32,000 nucleotides of DNA from Desulfoscipio sp. XC116 (GTDB taxonomy: Bacteria; Bacillota; Desulfotomaculia; Desulfotomaculales; Desulfallaceae). A program made the position numbers and the translations under genes. The DNA is taken from contig NZ_CP156660.1 in assembly GCF_039851975.1 (NCBI RefSeq), positions 1,647,035 to 1,679,034 on the forward strand. The letters run 5' to 3'. Under the pieces are notes generated by a model. It was given only the letters and a program-made list of their open reading frames with translations, ran no database searches and was not told the DNA's origin. Numbering within the stretch: position 1 is the first letter of the stretch; each line of letters begins with the position of its first letter. This document shows, one piece after another, positions 24,943 through 32,000 of the stretch.

Positions 24943-26208
24943 TTATGATCGGGATATTATTTTCTTCATAGCCAGGGAAAGCTGCTGTGCATTGCGGCAT
25001 TCCAACACCAGTGAGCAAAAAGGCGCATAGGTGTCCATAATGCAATCATTAATTGACCAACTGATTTGGGGCAAGGGGTTAAGCCAAACCGTTCTTCGGC
25101 ACCGGCCGGTAATGATGCTTAGGTATTCCGTTCCGTCCGGCTGCCAGTTGTTCCGGGCGTCACCCAGAATGATCAGTGTGGTTTGCGGTGTTAGAGTGTG
25201 TATATAATCATTTTTAAATTGCTCCCACACACGCCCGTAGTTGCTAAACCCGGTGCTTGATATCCGAGACCTTCGTAAAATTGTTCTGGCCACAACATTC
25301 CAAGCTCCCGAAGTGGTTACGGCCAAGTCCGTTATTTCAGCGATGTGATCAACAAAGGCAAATGACTTTAACTTGGAAAACTTGTGCTGCAGGCTGAGCA
25401 GCAGTTGTAAAAAAAAGACGCTGTACGGTGCCATTGAGCCGGATAGGTCGCATATGATGCTGATGCGGGGTCTACCGGGTACGCGCTGCGTTTTTTTTAG
25501 TGTCACCGGCATACCCCCTCGGGCGGCTGCTTGCCGCACAGTGCGGCGCATATCGATCATACCCGTGGGTGCGGGGGTCTTTCTGTAACCTTTATAGGCA
25601 GCTAGTTGTCGTCCCATGACGGTAATTATTTTATTTATTTCCGCTAATTGTTCGGAGTCGGCTTGGGCCAGATCCAGCTGCCGCAGGTTGCTTGGCCCGG
25701 GGGTGGTTGTGTCGTTTTGGGATGTTCCCTGCCGGTTAGGCATTGTCTGGCGCTGTGCTAATTTATACTGCCGGTTGGTCCGGTTGGTGTTATATCTAAC
25801 GCCGGCTTCGACGCCTATGATATCGCCCCCGGAGCTGCCGGATATACTTGCTTCGTTAATTCGCATTATCTCCTGGCGGATACTGTCCTTAATATTCTGT
25901 AAACGGTTAAAGAAAATCTTATGGTTTAAATGGGGCGGGCTGACCAGTGCCGCTCGGGCATCGACGGCCGGTGGAATAATCAGATGATTATCCGCCGCCA
26001 TATACTGCAGATAAGTATTGATGGCAGCAACCAAAGTATCTTGGACCTGTTTGTCTTTGGCCAGGGTACACAGGGCCGCAGTCAGAGCATCATCCTTGCG
26101 CAGTTCGATTATTTGCAAAGCGCGACAGAAATCAAGTATTTCTGCGGGTGAAATGCGCAGTCCGGCCTTACGTAAATAGTTAACTGTCTTAATTATGTCG
26201 GTGTGCAT
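24943..26208 (-). CDS. CoxE-type von Willebrand factor A (VWA) domain protein
   Basis: MIDAS motif DxSxS in RISIICDLSGSM. Also LIILGDARNNWQP and a CoxE-like N-terminal region (VNYLRKAGLRISPAEILDF). The start is uncertain: ATG 26208 or GTG 26256, neither with a strong RBS. Confidence 0.8.
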   Translation of the reverse strand: MHTDIIKTVNYLRKAGLRISPAEILDFCRALQIIELRKDDALTAALCTLAKDKQVQDTLVAAINTYLQYMAADNHLIIPPAVDARAALVSPPHLNHKIFFNRLQNIKDSIRQEIMRINEASISGSSGGDIIGVEAGVRYNTNRTNRQYKLAQRQTMPNRQGTSQNDTTTPGPSNLRQLDLAQADSEQLAEINKIITVMGRQLAAYKGYRKTPAPTGMIDMRRTVRQAAARGGMPVTLKKTQRVPGRPRISIICDLSGSMAPYSVFFLQLLLSLQHKFSKLKSFAFVDHIAEITDLAVTTSGAWNVVARTILRRSRISSTGFSNYGRVWEQFKNDYIHTLTPQTTLIILGDARNNWQPDGTEYLSIITGRCRRTVWLNPLPQISWSINDCIMDTYAPFCSLVLECRNAQQLSLAMKKIISRS

Positions 26209-26293
26209 TTGATAATACCTTGACCTTTCCAATTTCCAAACGTCCAATTGACACACTTATCAAGCTTGGTATGCCGCTGCTCTGACTGTATGC

Positions 26294-27376
26294 TTAGATA
26301 GTGTACCTTAGCACCTTATTCATATATTGAGTCATTTGGTTGTGGATATGGCGTATGTTGTCAGGAATTACTTCATCATTTTTTAATATAATAGTGCTTT
26401 TTATTGTTAAATTAAGCTTTTTTATATCGTATAATGCAGTAAAGCAATCCTCCGATACGGAAAATGAATAAAAGTTTGGCTCCTTATTAAAGGATAGCCG
26501 GCTAATTAGATATTCCGGTGGTATTAAAATGTTTTCTGCCGTATGCGTTATGGTTAAATCTTCAAGGCCCAACAAATTGTGCAGGTGTTCTATTAAACCG
26601 GCGGTAAATATTTGAGGATCGGTTAATTCAATGCTGCACAATATTTCACGCCGGTCGGTTTTTTGTTTAAATTCTATGTGGCCTGCCGCACCATAGTCTA
26701 ACAGGTACGAGTCGGTGGTTTGACGGTAAATGACCGGGGCAAGCCGCTGGTTGATAAATTCTGCCCACCCGGCACCGGGCAAGGGCAGATAGGCTTGGAT
26801 AATCGGACCGGTAATTTGGGGCCGCAAAGGCGGCCTGATAAATTCGGGGCTGAGGGGTTCTATAAGCCGTCCTATGGACACTTGATCAATGCAAACCCCG
26901 CAGTTATACCGGCTATCCCTGAAGTGAGAATTAAATTTAATGCGGGCTGTGATTATGCCCCCTTGTACGGCTAATTCGGCATTGGCCAGCACAGCCACAT
27001 CCCGGGAACGCCATTCTGCCATCCTGATGCCCAGCAGTTCACCACGCTCCATGTCCAAATGGTTGAGCTCGTGCAAATGGGGTAGTATTAGTGTTGGCTC
27101 ATAGCTTTTAGCGGTGACAATGATTTTCATGTCGGATACGGGTTCATGCAGCTGACCTGCGGCATTGATAGGTTTTACGGAGAATAACAGCGGTACGATG
27201 CGTTCGGCCCATGCCGGTGATTTAATTTTAAACAGCAGGTAATTGTCGGTAATATGTAGAACCAGTCCGGGAACAGATATTTCCTCTCCTGTTGCCTGTA
27301 GCTGTGGCTCGGCGGATAAAAGCGTTAAAATTATATTTTTTTTATCTATTTGCTTTGTGAAAATTTCAATCAGCAT
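26294..27376 (-). CDS. Hypothetical cytoplasmic protein (360 aa), no recognisable domain; first gene of the VWA operon
   Basis: GGAGG RBS 5 nt upstream of the ATG. The ORF is long, with no competing frame, and has no TM helix or signal peptide. It lies 37-85 nt upstream of the VWA gene on the same strand. Confidence 0.75.
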   Translation of the reverse strand: MLIEIFTKQIDKKNIILTLLSAEPQLQATGEEISVPGLVLHITDNYLLFKIKSPAWAERIVPLLFSVKPINAAGQLHEPVSDMKIIVTAKSYEPTLILPHLHELNHLDMERGELLGIRMAEWRSRDVAVLANAELAVQGGIITARIKFNSHFRDSRYNCGVCIDQVSIGRLIEPLSPEFIRPPLRPQITGPIIQAYLPLPGAGWAEFINQRLAPVIYRQTTDSYLLDYGAAGHIEFKQKTDRREILCSIELTDPQIFTAGLIEHLHNLLGLEDLTITHTAENILIPPEYLISRLSFNKEPNFYSFSVSEDCFTALYDIKKLNLTIKSTIILKNDEVIPDNIRHIHNQMTQYMNKVLRYTI

Positions 27377-27441
27377 AATGACCTCCGTGTAGTAACGGGT
27401 TTTTAAGTTTTTAAAAATATTTTATCACCTGAGGAGTATCT

Positions 27442-28464
27442 ATGAATAGAGTTAATGATTTTTTTAAAAGTGTTGAAAGTGTCATGGATGGTTTGCTAAC
27501 CCAGAAATATATTATAGATAGAAGGATTGCTACCACAGTCTATTTGGCCGGGCGGCTGGAGAAACCACTGCTGATTGAGGGTCCGGCCGGAGTGGGTAAA
27601 ACCGGTCTGGCCGGTGCTATAGCGATGGCCGGGCAAACTGAACTGATCAGGCTGCAGTGCTACCCCGGATTGGATGAAAGTAAAACTCTTTATGAGTGGA
27701 ACTATCAAAAACAGTTATTGCACATTCAAATGCATGGCAGCGATTGCGATATTTTTTCCACTGATTTTCTATTGGAAAGGCCTTTGCTTAAAGCTTTTCG
27801 GGCTAAATGTCCGGTAGTATTGCTGGTGGATGAGATAGATAAAGGTGAGGAAGAACTGGAAAGTTTTTTGTTGGAGGCATTATCGGAATTTCAGGTTAGT
27901 ATACCCGAATTTGGACTTATCAGGGCGACACATAAACCTTATGTAGTGATTACCAGCAACAGTACAAGGGAATTGGGGGACGCGTTAAAGCGCAGGTGTT
28001 TATATCTTTACCTGACTTACCCTGATGCCGCTCGGGAACAAGTTATTTTAAATTTAAAGGTACCCGGTATATCGCGTCACCTGGCCGGACAAATCGTTGA
28101 TTTTGTGCAAAGATTACGCAAAATGAAAATAAAAAAATCACCTAGTATCACCGAAACCATTGATTGGGCCAGGACATTGCTATTATTGGGTCGGGACAGG
28201 CTTGACGAGCAGATGGTCCGTCATACCTTAAATGTGCTGTTAAAGTATGAGGAAGATATTGAGCAGGCCGATCGGCAGGCAGGCGGTCTTCTGTCCTCGG
28301 TTGCGAAATCCGGGTCGGTGGCCGGCGAAATTGATCCGGATGGAAGCAGCAATCAATCGATAGTCGAGAAAACTTGTGCTGCCGGGCTTTCTTCTGAAAT
28401 AACTCCGGATAATTGTGGGCCCGGACAAACAGAAGACCCCGTGTTGGCCAGATTTGACTTTTAA
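27442..28464 (+). CDS. MoxR/CoxD-like AAA+ ATPase
   Basis: Walker A LLIEGPAGVGKTG and Walker B VVLLVDEIDK, with SNSTRELGDALKRRCLY (sensor/Arg-finger region). GAGGAG RBS. The last ~70 aa form a low-complexity tail. Confidence 0.9.
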   Translation: MNRVNDFFKSVESVMDGLLTQKYIIDRRIATTVYLAGRLEKPLLIEGPAGVGKTGLAGAIAMAGQTELIRLQCYPGLDESKTLYEWNYQKQLLHIQMHGSDCDIFSTDFLLERPLLKAFRAKCPVVLLVDEIDKGEEELESFLLEALSEFQVSIPEFGLIRATHKPYVVITSNSTRELGDALKRRCLYLYLTYPDAAREQVILNLKVPGISRHLAGQIVDFVQRLRKMKIKKSPSITETIDWARTLLLLGRDRLDEQMVRHTLNVLLKYEEDIEQADRQAGGLLSSVAKSGSVAGEIDPDGSSNQSIVEKTCAAGLSSEITPDNCGPGQTEDPVLARFDF

Positions 28465-28540
28465 GCCCGTGACTATAGACTAGGCCGGGAAAAAGCTCCC
28501 TGGAAAGATAAGATAATCTGCCTGTTCCGGAGATGGATTT

Positions 28541-28945
28541 TCAATCGCTGATAATTTTAATAAACAGTTTACGTTTGCGAGGGCCGTCAAATTCGCAAAA
28601 GAATATACGCTGCCAGGTGCCCAGCAGTGGTTTACCCCCGCTTAATAGCACGGTTTTGCCCGTACCGGCCAGGAAAGTCTTAATATGGGCATCTGAATTT
28701 CCTTCCAGATGGGTATACCCGCCGCTATTGGGAATTAGCTTGTTTAAGTGTGTCAGTATATCGTAAATAACGCTGGGATCGTGTCCTTCATTAATAGTTA
28801 CACCGGCGGTGGTATGCGGCACATAAATATGGCATACTCCTTCGGCTGCCTTGCTTTTATTAATCAGCAGGCGGATGTCGTCAGTGATATCGATAAATTG
28901 TTCCCGCTTGGCAGACTTGATTTCCAGTACATGATAATTAGCCAT
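28541..28945 (-). CDS. yjbQ: YjbQ/UPF0047-family protein (secondary thiamine-phosphate synthase family)
   Basis: Family motifs are GVCHIYVPHTTAGVTINE, GNSDAHIK and LGTWQRIFFCEFDGPR. I prefer the ATG at 28945 (GGGAGA 8 nt upstream). Confidence 0.85.
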   Translation of the reverse strand: MANYHVLEIKSAKREQFIDITDDIRLLINKSKAAEGVCHIYVPHTTAGVTINEGHDPSVIYDILTHLNKLIPNSGGYTHLEGNSDAHIKTFLAGTGKTVLLSGGKPLLGTWQRIFFCEFDGPRKRKLFIKIISD

Positions 28946-29015
28946 ACTTTTCATCTCCCGTAAATAAATAACCTGCCGGTTGGGGCAGGCTATTTTATGG
29001 ATAGGTATTAGTCGG

Positions 29016-29657
29016 TTATAGGCTTTGGGCAGCCCTAAAGCCCAGGTTAAAGGTTAGTATTTCTAATTTGACGGACAAATCCACATTGCGTATTTCTATT
29101 TCATCAGGTACGTTTATTGCTACCGGGGCGAAGTTCAAAATAGCCTGCACACCATTTCTAACCATCGTATCAGCCACTTCTTGCGCTGCGCTGGTGGGTA
29201 CGGCAATTACCCCGATGCGAATGTTTTCCCTTTGGGCTATTTTAGGGAACTGGGTCAGGGGCTGTACCATCAGATCACCGATTCTTTTACCAATTCTGGT
29301 AGAGTCATTATCAAACACGCCGGATATATGAAAGCCCCGGACGTTGAAACCCCGGTACGTACATAGTGCAAAACCCAGATTGCCGGCTCCCACGATGGCC
29401 AGTGACCATTCTTGATCTAAACCGAGTATCTTAAGTGTATATTTCATCAAGTCTTTGACATTATAGCCCACGCCCCGGGTACCGAACTCGCCAAAATACG
29501 CCAGATCCTTGCGGACTTGGGCCGGACTTACCCCCACTCCCTCGGCTATCTCACCCGACGAAACCGTGGTAATACCGTTTCTGTCCAACCTTTCCAGGAA
29601 CCTGGAGTAGATGGACAGTCTGGTCACAGTTGCTTCCGGAACCCGTAAAGTTTTCAA
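29016..29657 (-). CDS. rex: Redox-sensing transcriptional repressor Rex
   Basis: 213 aa: winged-helix region [50 protein letters not shown], then the Rossmann motif [12 protein letters not shown] start with GGAGGTG 6 nt upstream. Confidence 0.92.
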   Translation of the reverse strand: MKTLRVPEATVTRLSIYSRFLERLDRNGITTVSSGEIAEGVGVSPAQVRKDLAYFGEFGTRGVGYNVKDLMKYTLKILGLDQEWSLAIVGAGNLGFALCTYRGFNVRGFHISGVFDNDSTRIGKRIGDLMVQPLTQFPKIAQRENIRIGVIAVPTSAAQEVADTMVRNGVQAILNFAPVAINVPDEIEIRNVDLSVKLEILTFNLGFRAAQSL

Positions 29658-29784
29658 TTATGTCACCTCCGCTTTCTTTGTATTTATATATAGCACTAAG
29701 GCAACTTAATTATATCGCAAATTTTTAGATATAACTCTTTACACGGTGCTATGTTATTGCTATAATAAAATGTTTTATTGATAA

Positions 29785-29800
29785 TGTTATTAAATTCACA
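29785..29800. promoter_or_regulatory. Candidate Rex operator (autoregulation)
   Basis: TGTTATTAAATTCACA matches the TGTGAA-N4-TTCACA consensus at 10 of 12 positions. It lies just downstream of the predicted rex transcription start. Confidence 0.45.
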
Positions 29801-29812
29801 TGATATAGATAA

Positions 29813-29841
29813 TTTATATCATGTGACTTCATTTATGTCAA
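29813..29841 (-). promoter_or_regulatory. Sigma-A-type promoter of rex
   Basis: Minus strand: TTGACA - 17 nt - TATAAA, preceded by TGa (extended -10). It lies about 150 nt upstream of the rex start. Confidence 0.6.
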
Positions 29842-30166
29842 ATGGCTTCTTCTTTAACGGACTTTTTTGGGGTTTAAGATTAATTTTGGGGTGTTAAATG
29901 GGTGTTAATCAGTGTAGTCCGTTCCGGTTTGATCAAGAACAAGCCCTTTTTTGCGCATGAATAACAGTGAACGGCACGGCCGGGTTTCCCGGACAGTGCC
30001 GCATAATACATACTCCTGTGTACAAAACAAAGTAGAACTTTTCCCGTATTGGGTAACCGGATATACATATCGGGAACGGTTGTTTCGGTATACCGTTTCT
30101 GACATGCTAAACTGTAATCGGCATATCAGGTGTGGTAATGCGGTTCTGCCCGATACCATTTATTGT

Positions 30167-31462
30167 TTACTTTTTTATTTCCTTAAATACTGCTCGAGCG
30201 GCTTCGATGGTATAGTCGATTTGTTCATCGGTATGGGCCAAGGACATAAAGGCAGCTTCAAACTGGGAAGGTGCCAGGTAAACGCCTTTCTGCAGCATGC
30301 CCGCAAAGAATTCGGCAAACTGTTTCGTATCGGACTGGGATGCCGAATCGAAATCGGTTACGGGTTCATTGGTGAAGAATGTGCATAGCATGGACCCCAC
30401 CCGGTTAAAGGTAAGCTCCAGCCCCGCATCCGCAGCTGCTTGCCGCAAGCCCCGATCCAGGCGGGCCGATTTTCGTTCCAGAGTGTCGTAAACCCCCGGC
30501 CGGCGCAACAGCTCCAGTGTGGCTATACCGGCCGTTACCGCCAGCGGGTTGCCCGACAATGTGCCGGCTTGGTAGATTGGCCCGGCCGGGGCCACCGCGG
30601 ACATAATTTCTTTTTTCCCTGCGTAGGCGCCAACGGGCAGTCCCCCGCCGATTATTTTACCCAGGCATGTGATATCGGGCTCAACGTCATACAGTACCTG
30701 GGCGCCGCCATAAGCCACTCGAAAGCCTGTCATTACCTCGTCTATAATGAGCAGGGCTCCGTGCCGGGCAGTTAGCTTACGCAAACCCGCCAGAAAACCG
30801 GGCGCCGGGGGAATTACCCCCATGTTGCCGGCCACCGGCTCCACGATTACCGCGGCAATATCTTCTCCCACCTGACAAAAAATATCCTGCAATGTTTCCA
30901 GGTCGTTAAATGGCGCGTTAATGGTATGTTCCGCCGTGCTCGCGGGTACGCCCGGACTTGTGGGAACGCCCAGGGTTAAAGCACCGGATCCCGCCTTGAT
31001 TAACAGAAAATCGGCGTGTCCGTGGTAGCAGCCGGCGAATTTGATAATTTTATTACGGTTGGTGTAGCCCCGGGCTAATCTGATGGCGCTCATGGCGGCC
31101 TCAGTACCCGAGTTTACCAGCCTGACCATATCCATAGCGGGCAGAGCGTCAACAATCATTTTAGCCAACACGGTTTCCAGCTCGGTAGGGGCACCAAAAC
31201 TGGTGCCTATTTCCAGGCAATTTTGCAGTGCTTTAACTACCTCCGGGTGCCGGTGGCCGAGTACCAGCGGGCCCCAGGAACCCACGTAATCAATATATGT
31301 ATTGCCGTCGACGTCGGTTAGCACGGCTCCCTCGCCTTTTGTTATAAATACAGGCGTTTTACCCACGGATTTAAAGGCTCGCACCGGGCTGTTAACGCCG
31401 CCGGGGATATACCTTGCGGCTTCTTCATACAATTGTGCTGATTTGTTAAATCCATTATGCAT
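30167..31462 (-). CDS. hemL: Glutamate-1-semialdehyde 2,1-aminomutase HemL
   Basis: [13 protein letters not shown], the class-III aminotransferase pattern and the PLP lysine region [10 protein letters not shown] prefer the ATG at 31462 over the TTG at 31477. Confidence 0.92.
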   Translation of the reverse strand: MHNGFNKSAQLYEEAARYIPGGVNSPVRAFKSVGKTPVFITKGEGAVLTDVDGNTYIDYVGSWGPLVLGHRHPEVVKALQNCLEIGTSFGAPTELETVLAKMIVDALPAMDMVRLVNSGTEAAMSAIRLARGYTNRNKIIKFAGCYHGHADFLLIKAGSGALTLGVPTSPGVPASTAEHTINAPFNDLETLQDIFCQVGEDIAAVIVEPVAGNMGVIPPAPGFLAGLRKLTARHGALLIIDEVMTGFRVAYGGAQVLYDVEPDITCLGKIIGGGLPVGAYAGKKEIMSAVAPAGPIYQAGTLSGNPLAVTAGIATLELLRRPGVYDTLERKSARLDRGLRQAAADAGLELTFNRVGSMLCTFFTNEPVTDFDSASQSDTKQFAEFFAGMLQKGVYLAPSQFEAAFMSLAHTDEQIDYTIEAARAVFKEIKK

Positions 31463-31578
31463 AGGATCACCGTCCAATTAAGATAATACTGCACCATACT
31501 TGTCGAACACCGGGCCATTTACCATATGCGACATGCTTTTCCCGGCGGCCCGGCTTTTGACCATAAAGAAGCCGGCAC

Positions 31579-32000
31579 CTAGTCAATAAAATATTGCATG
31601 CTGCTCTTTTTTAGCTCGGTAGTGCTAAACAATAGTTTATAATTACTTACGCCCACTTTTTCAGCCATTACGGCAGCTAATTGTTTACATTGATTCTGTG
31701 TGTGTCCGTGAATAACGGTAAATACGGTGTATGGCCAGCCGGGCCGCCGGGGGCGCTGGTAACAGTGAGTTACTTCGGTAAACCCGGCCAACTGCCGCCC
31801 AATGTCGGCGGCCCGTTCTTCCGGTGCGTCCCACACCACCATGGCATTGGCGGTGTAACCCAGGTCCTGGTGGCGCAGGGCTGCCCCAAAACGGCGAATC
31901 ATGCCATTACTTATCATTTCTTTTATTTTAATCATTAATTCATTTTCTGACAGACCAATTCTTTGGGCTATAGCCAAGTATGGTCTTTCCACTAGGGGCA
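31579..32000 (-). CDS. Siroheme decarboxylase subunit (AhbA/AhbB, NirD/L/G/H family), 5'-truncated by the window edge
   Basis: The frame is open to the window end (..PLVERPYLAIAQRIGLSENELMIKIKEMISNGMIRRFGA..). The layout is Lrp/AsnC-like plus a C-terminal domain, as in alternative haem biosynthesis proteins. Confidence 0.8.
   Translation of the reverse strand, partial: PLVERPYLAIAQRIGLSENELMIKIKEMISNGMIRRFGAALRHQDLGYTANAMVVWDAPEERAADIGRQLAGFTEVTHCYQRPRRPGWPYTVFTVIHGHTQNQCKQLAAVMAEKVGVSNYKLLFSTTELKKSSMQYFID

Noticed and set aside
29880-30159. ORFs 29905..30159 and 29880..30068 (minus) and 29951..30388 (plus)
   Set aside because: None has a properly spaced RBS or a recognisable motif, and the plus-strand ORF runs antisense into hemL. 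A 23-codon ORF with an AGGAG 8 nt upstream (starting near 30007) was noted, but it is too short and unsupported to call.
31478-31578. 28-codon ORF (MVKSRAAGKSMSHMVNGPVFDKYGAVLS) between the ahb-type gene and hemL
   Set aside because: It has no RBS and no recognisable family, and it is a short spacer ORF. There is not enough evidence to call it.
1-32000. CRISPR arrays, transposases, integrases, prophage or toxin-antitoxin modules
   Set aside because: A visual pass over both strands found no regularly spaced direct repeats, no terminal inverted repeats flanking genes, and no recombinase-like ORFs. The tRNA genes show no adjacent integrase or duplicated tRNA 3' end.

Overview
This window is almost entirely minus-strand. 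Gene content suggests a Gram-positive anaerobe of the Desulfotomaculum/Moorella type (inference from Wood-Ljungdahl genes, an Ahb-type haem gene, rex and strong GGAGG ribosome-binding sites). About 21 kb (227..21875) is a Wood-Ljungdahl super-cluster in two transcription units, separated by a strong terminator at 12483..12533. Unit 1 is cooC-acsA-acsB-acsC-cooC/acsF-acsD-acsE. Unit 2 is a 1473-aa HdrA/GltD-like/HdrA fusion (HdrL-type), mvhD, three Flx/sulfhydrogenase-like Fe-S and flavin subunits, a fused hdrCB, a heavily decayed hdrA pseudogene, a second mvhD, metV and metF. Both mvhD copies are split in the ORF track by a single in-frame TGA that I read as selenocysteine. Each TGA is followed by a hairpin, and the TGA of each copy aligns with a Cys in the other copy. 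The remaining ~10 kb holds: a membrane-anchored, apparently degenerate alkaline-phosphatase-like protein; tRNA-Leu; a small 2x[4Fe-4S] ferredoxin; a tRNA Pro-Glu-Tyr-Gln operon; a MoxR AAA+ gene divergent from an operon of an orphan 360-aa protein plus a CoxE-type VWA protein; yjbQ; rex with a recognisable promoter and Rex-box; hemL; and a 5'-truncated siroheme decarboxylase gene. I saw no CRISPR array, transposase, integrase or phage gene. The best candidates for something not yet described are (a) the HdrL/Flx-like/HdrCB/Sec-MvhD/MetVF unit, in which the canonical hdrA has decayed, and (b) the MoxR / orphan protein / VWA trio. All homology calls come from reading motifs by eye; no searches were run.
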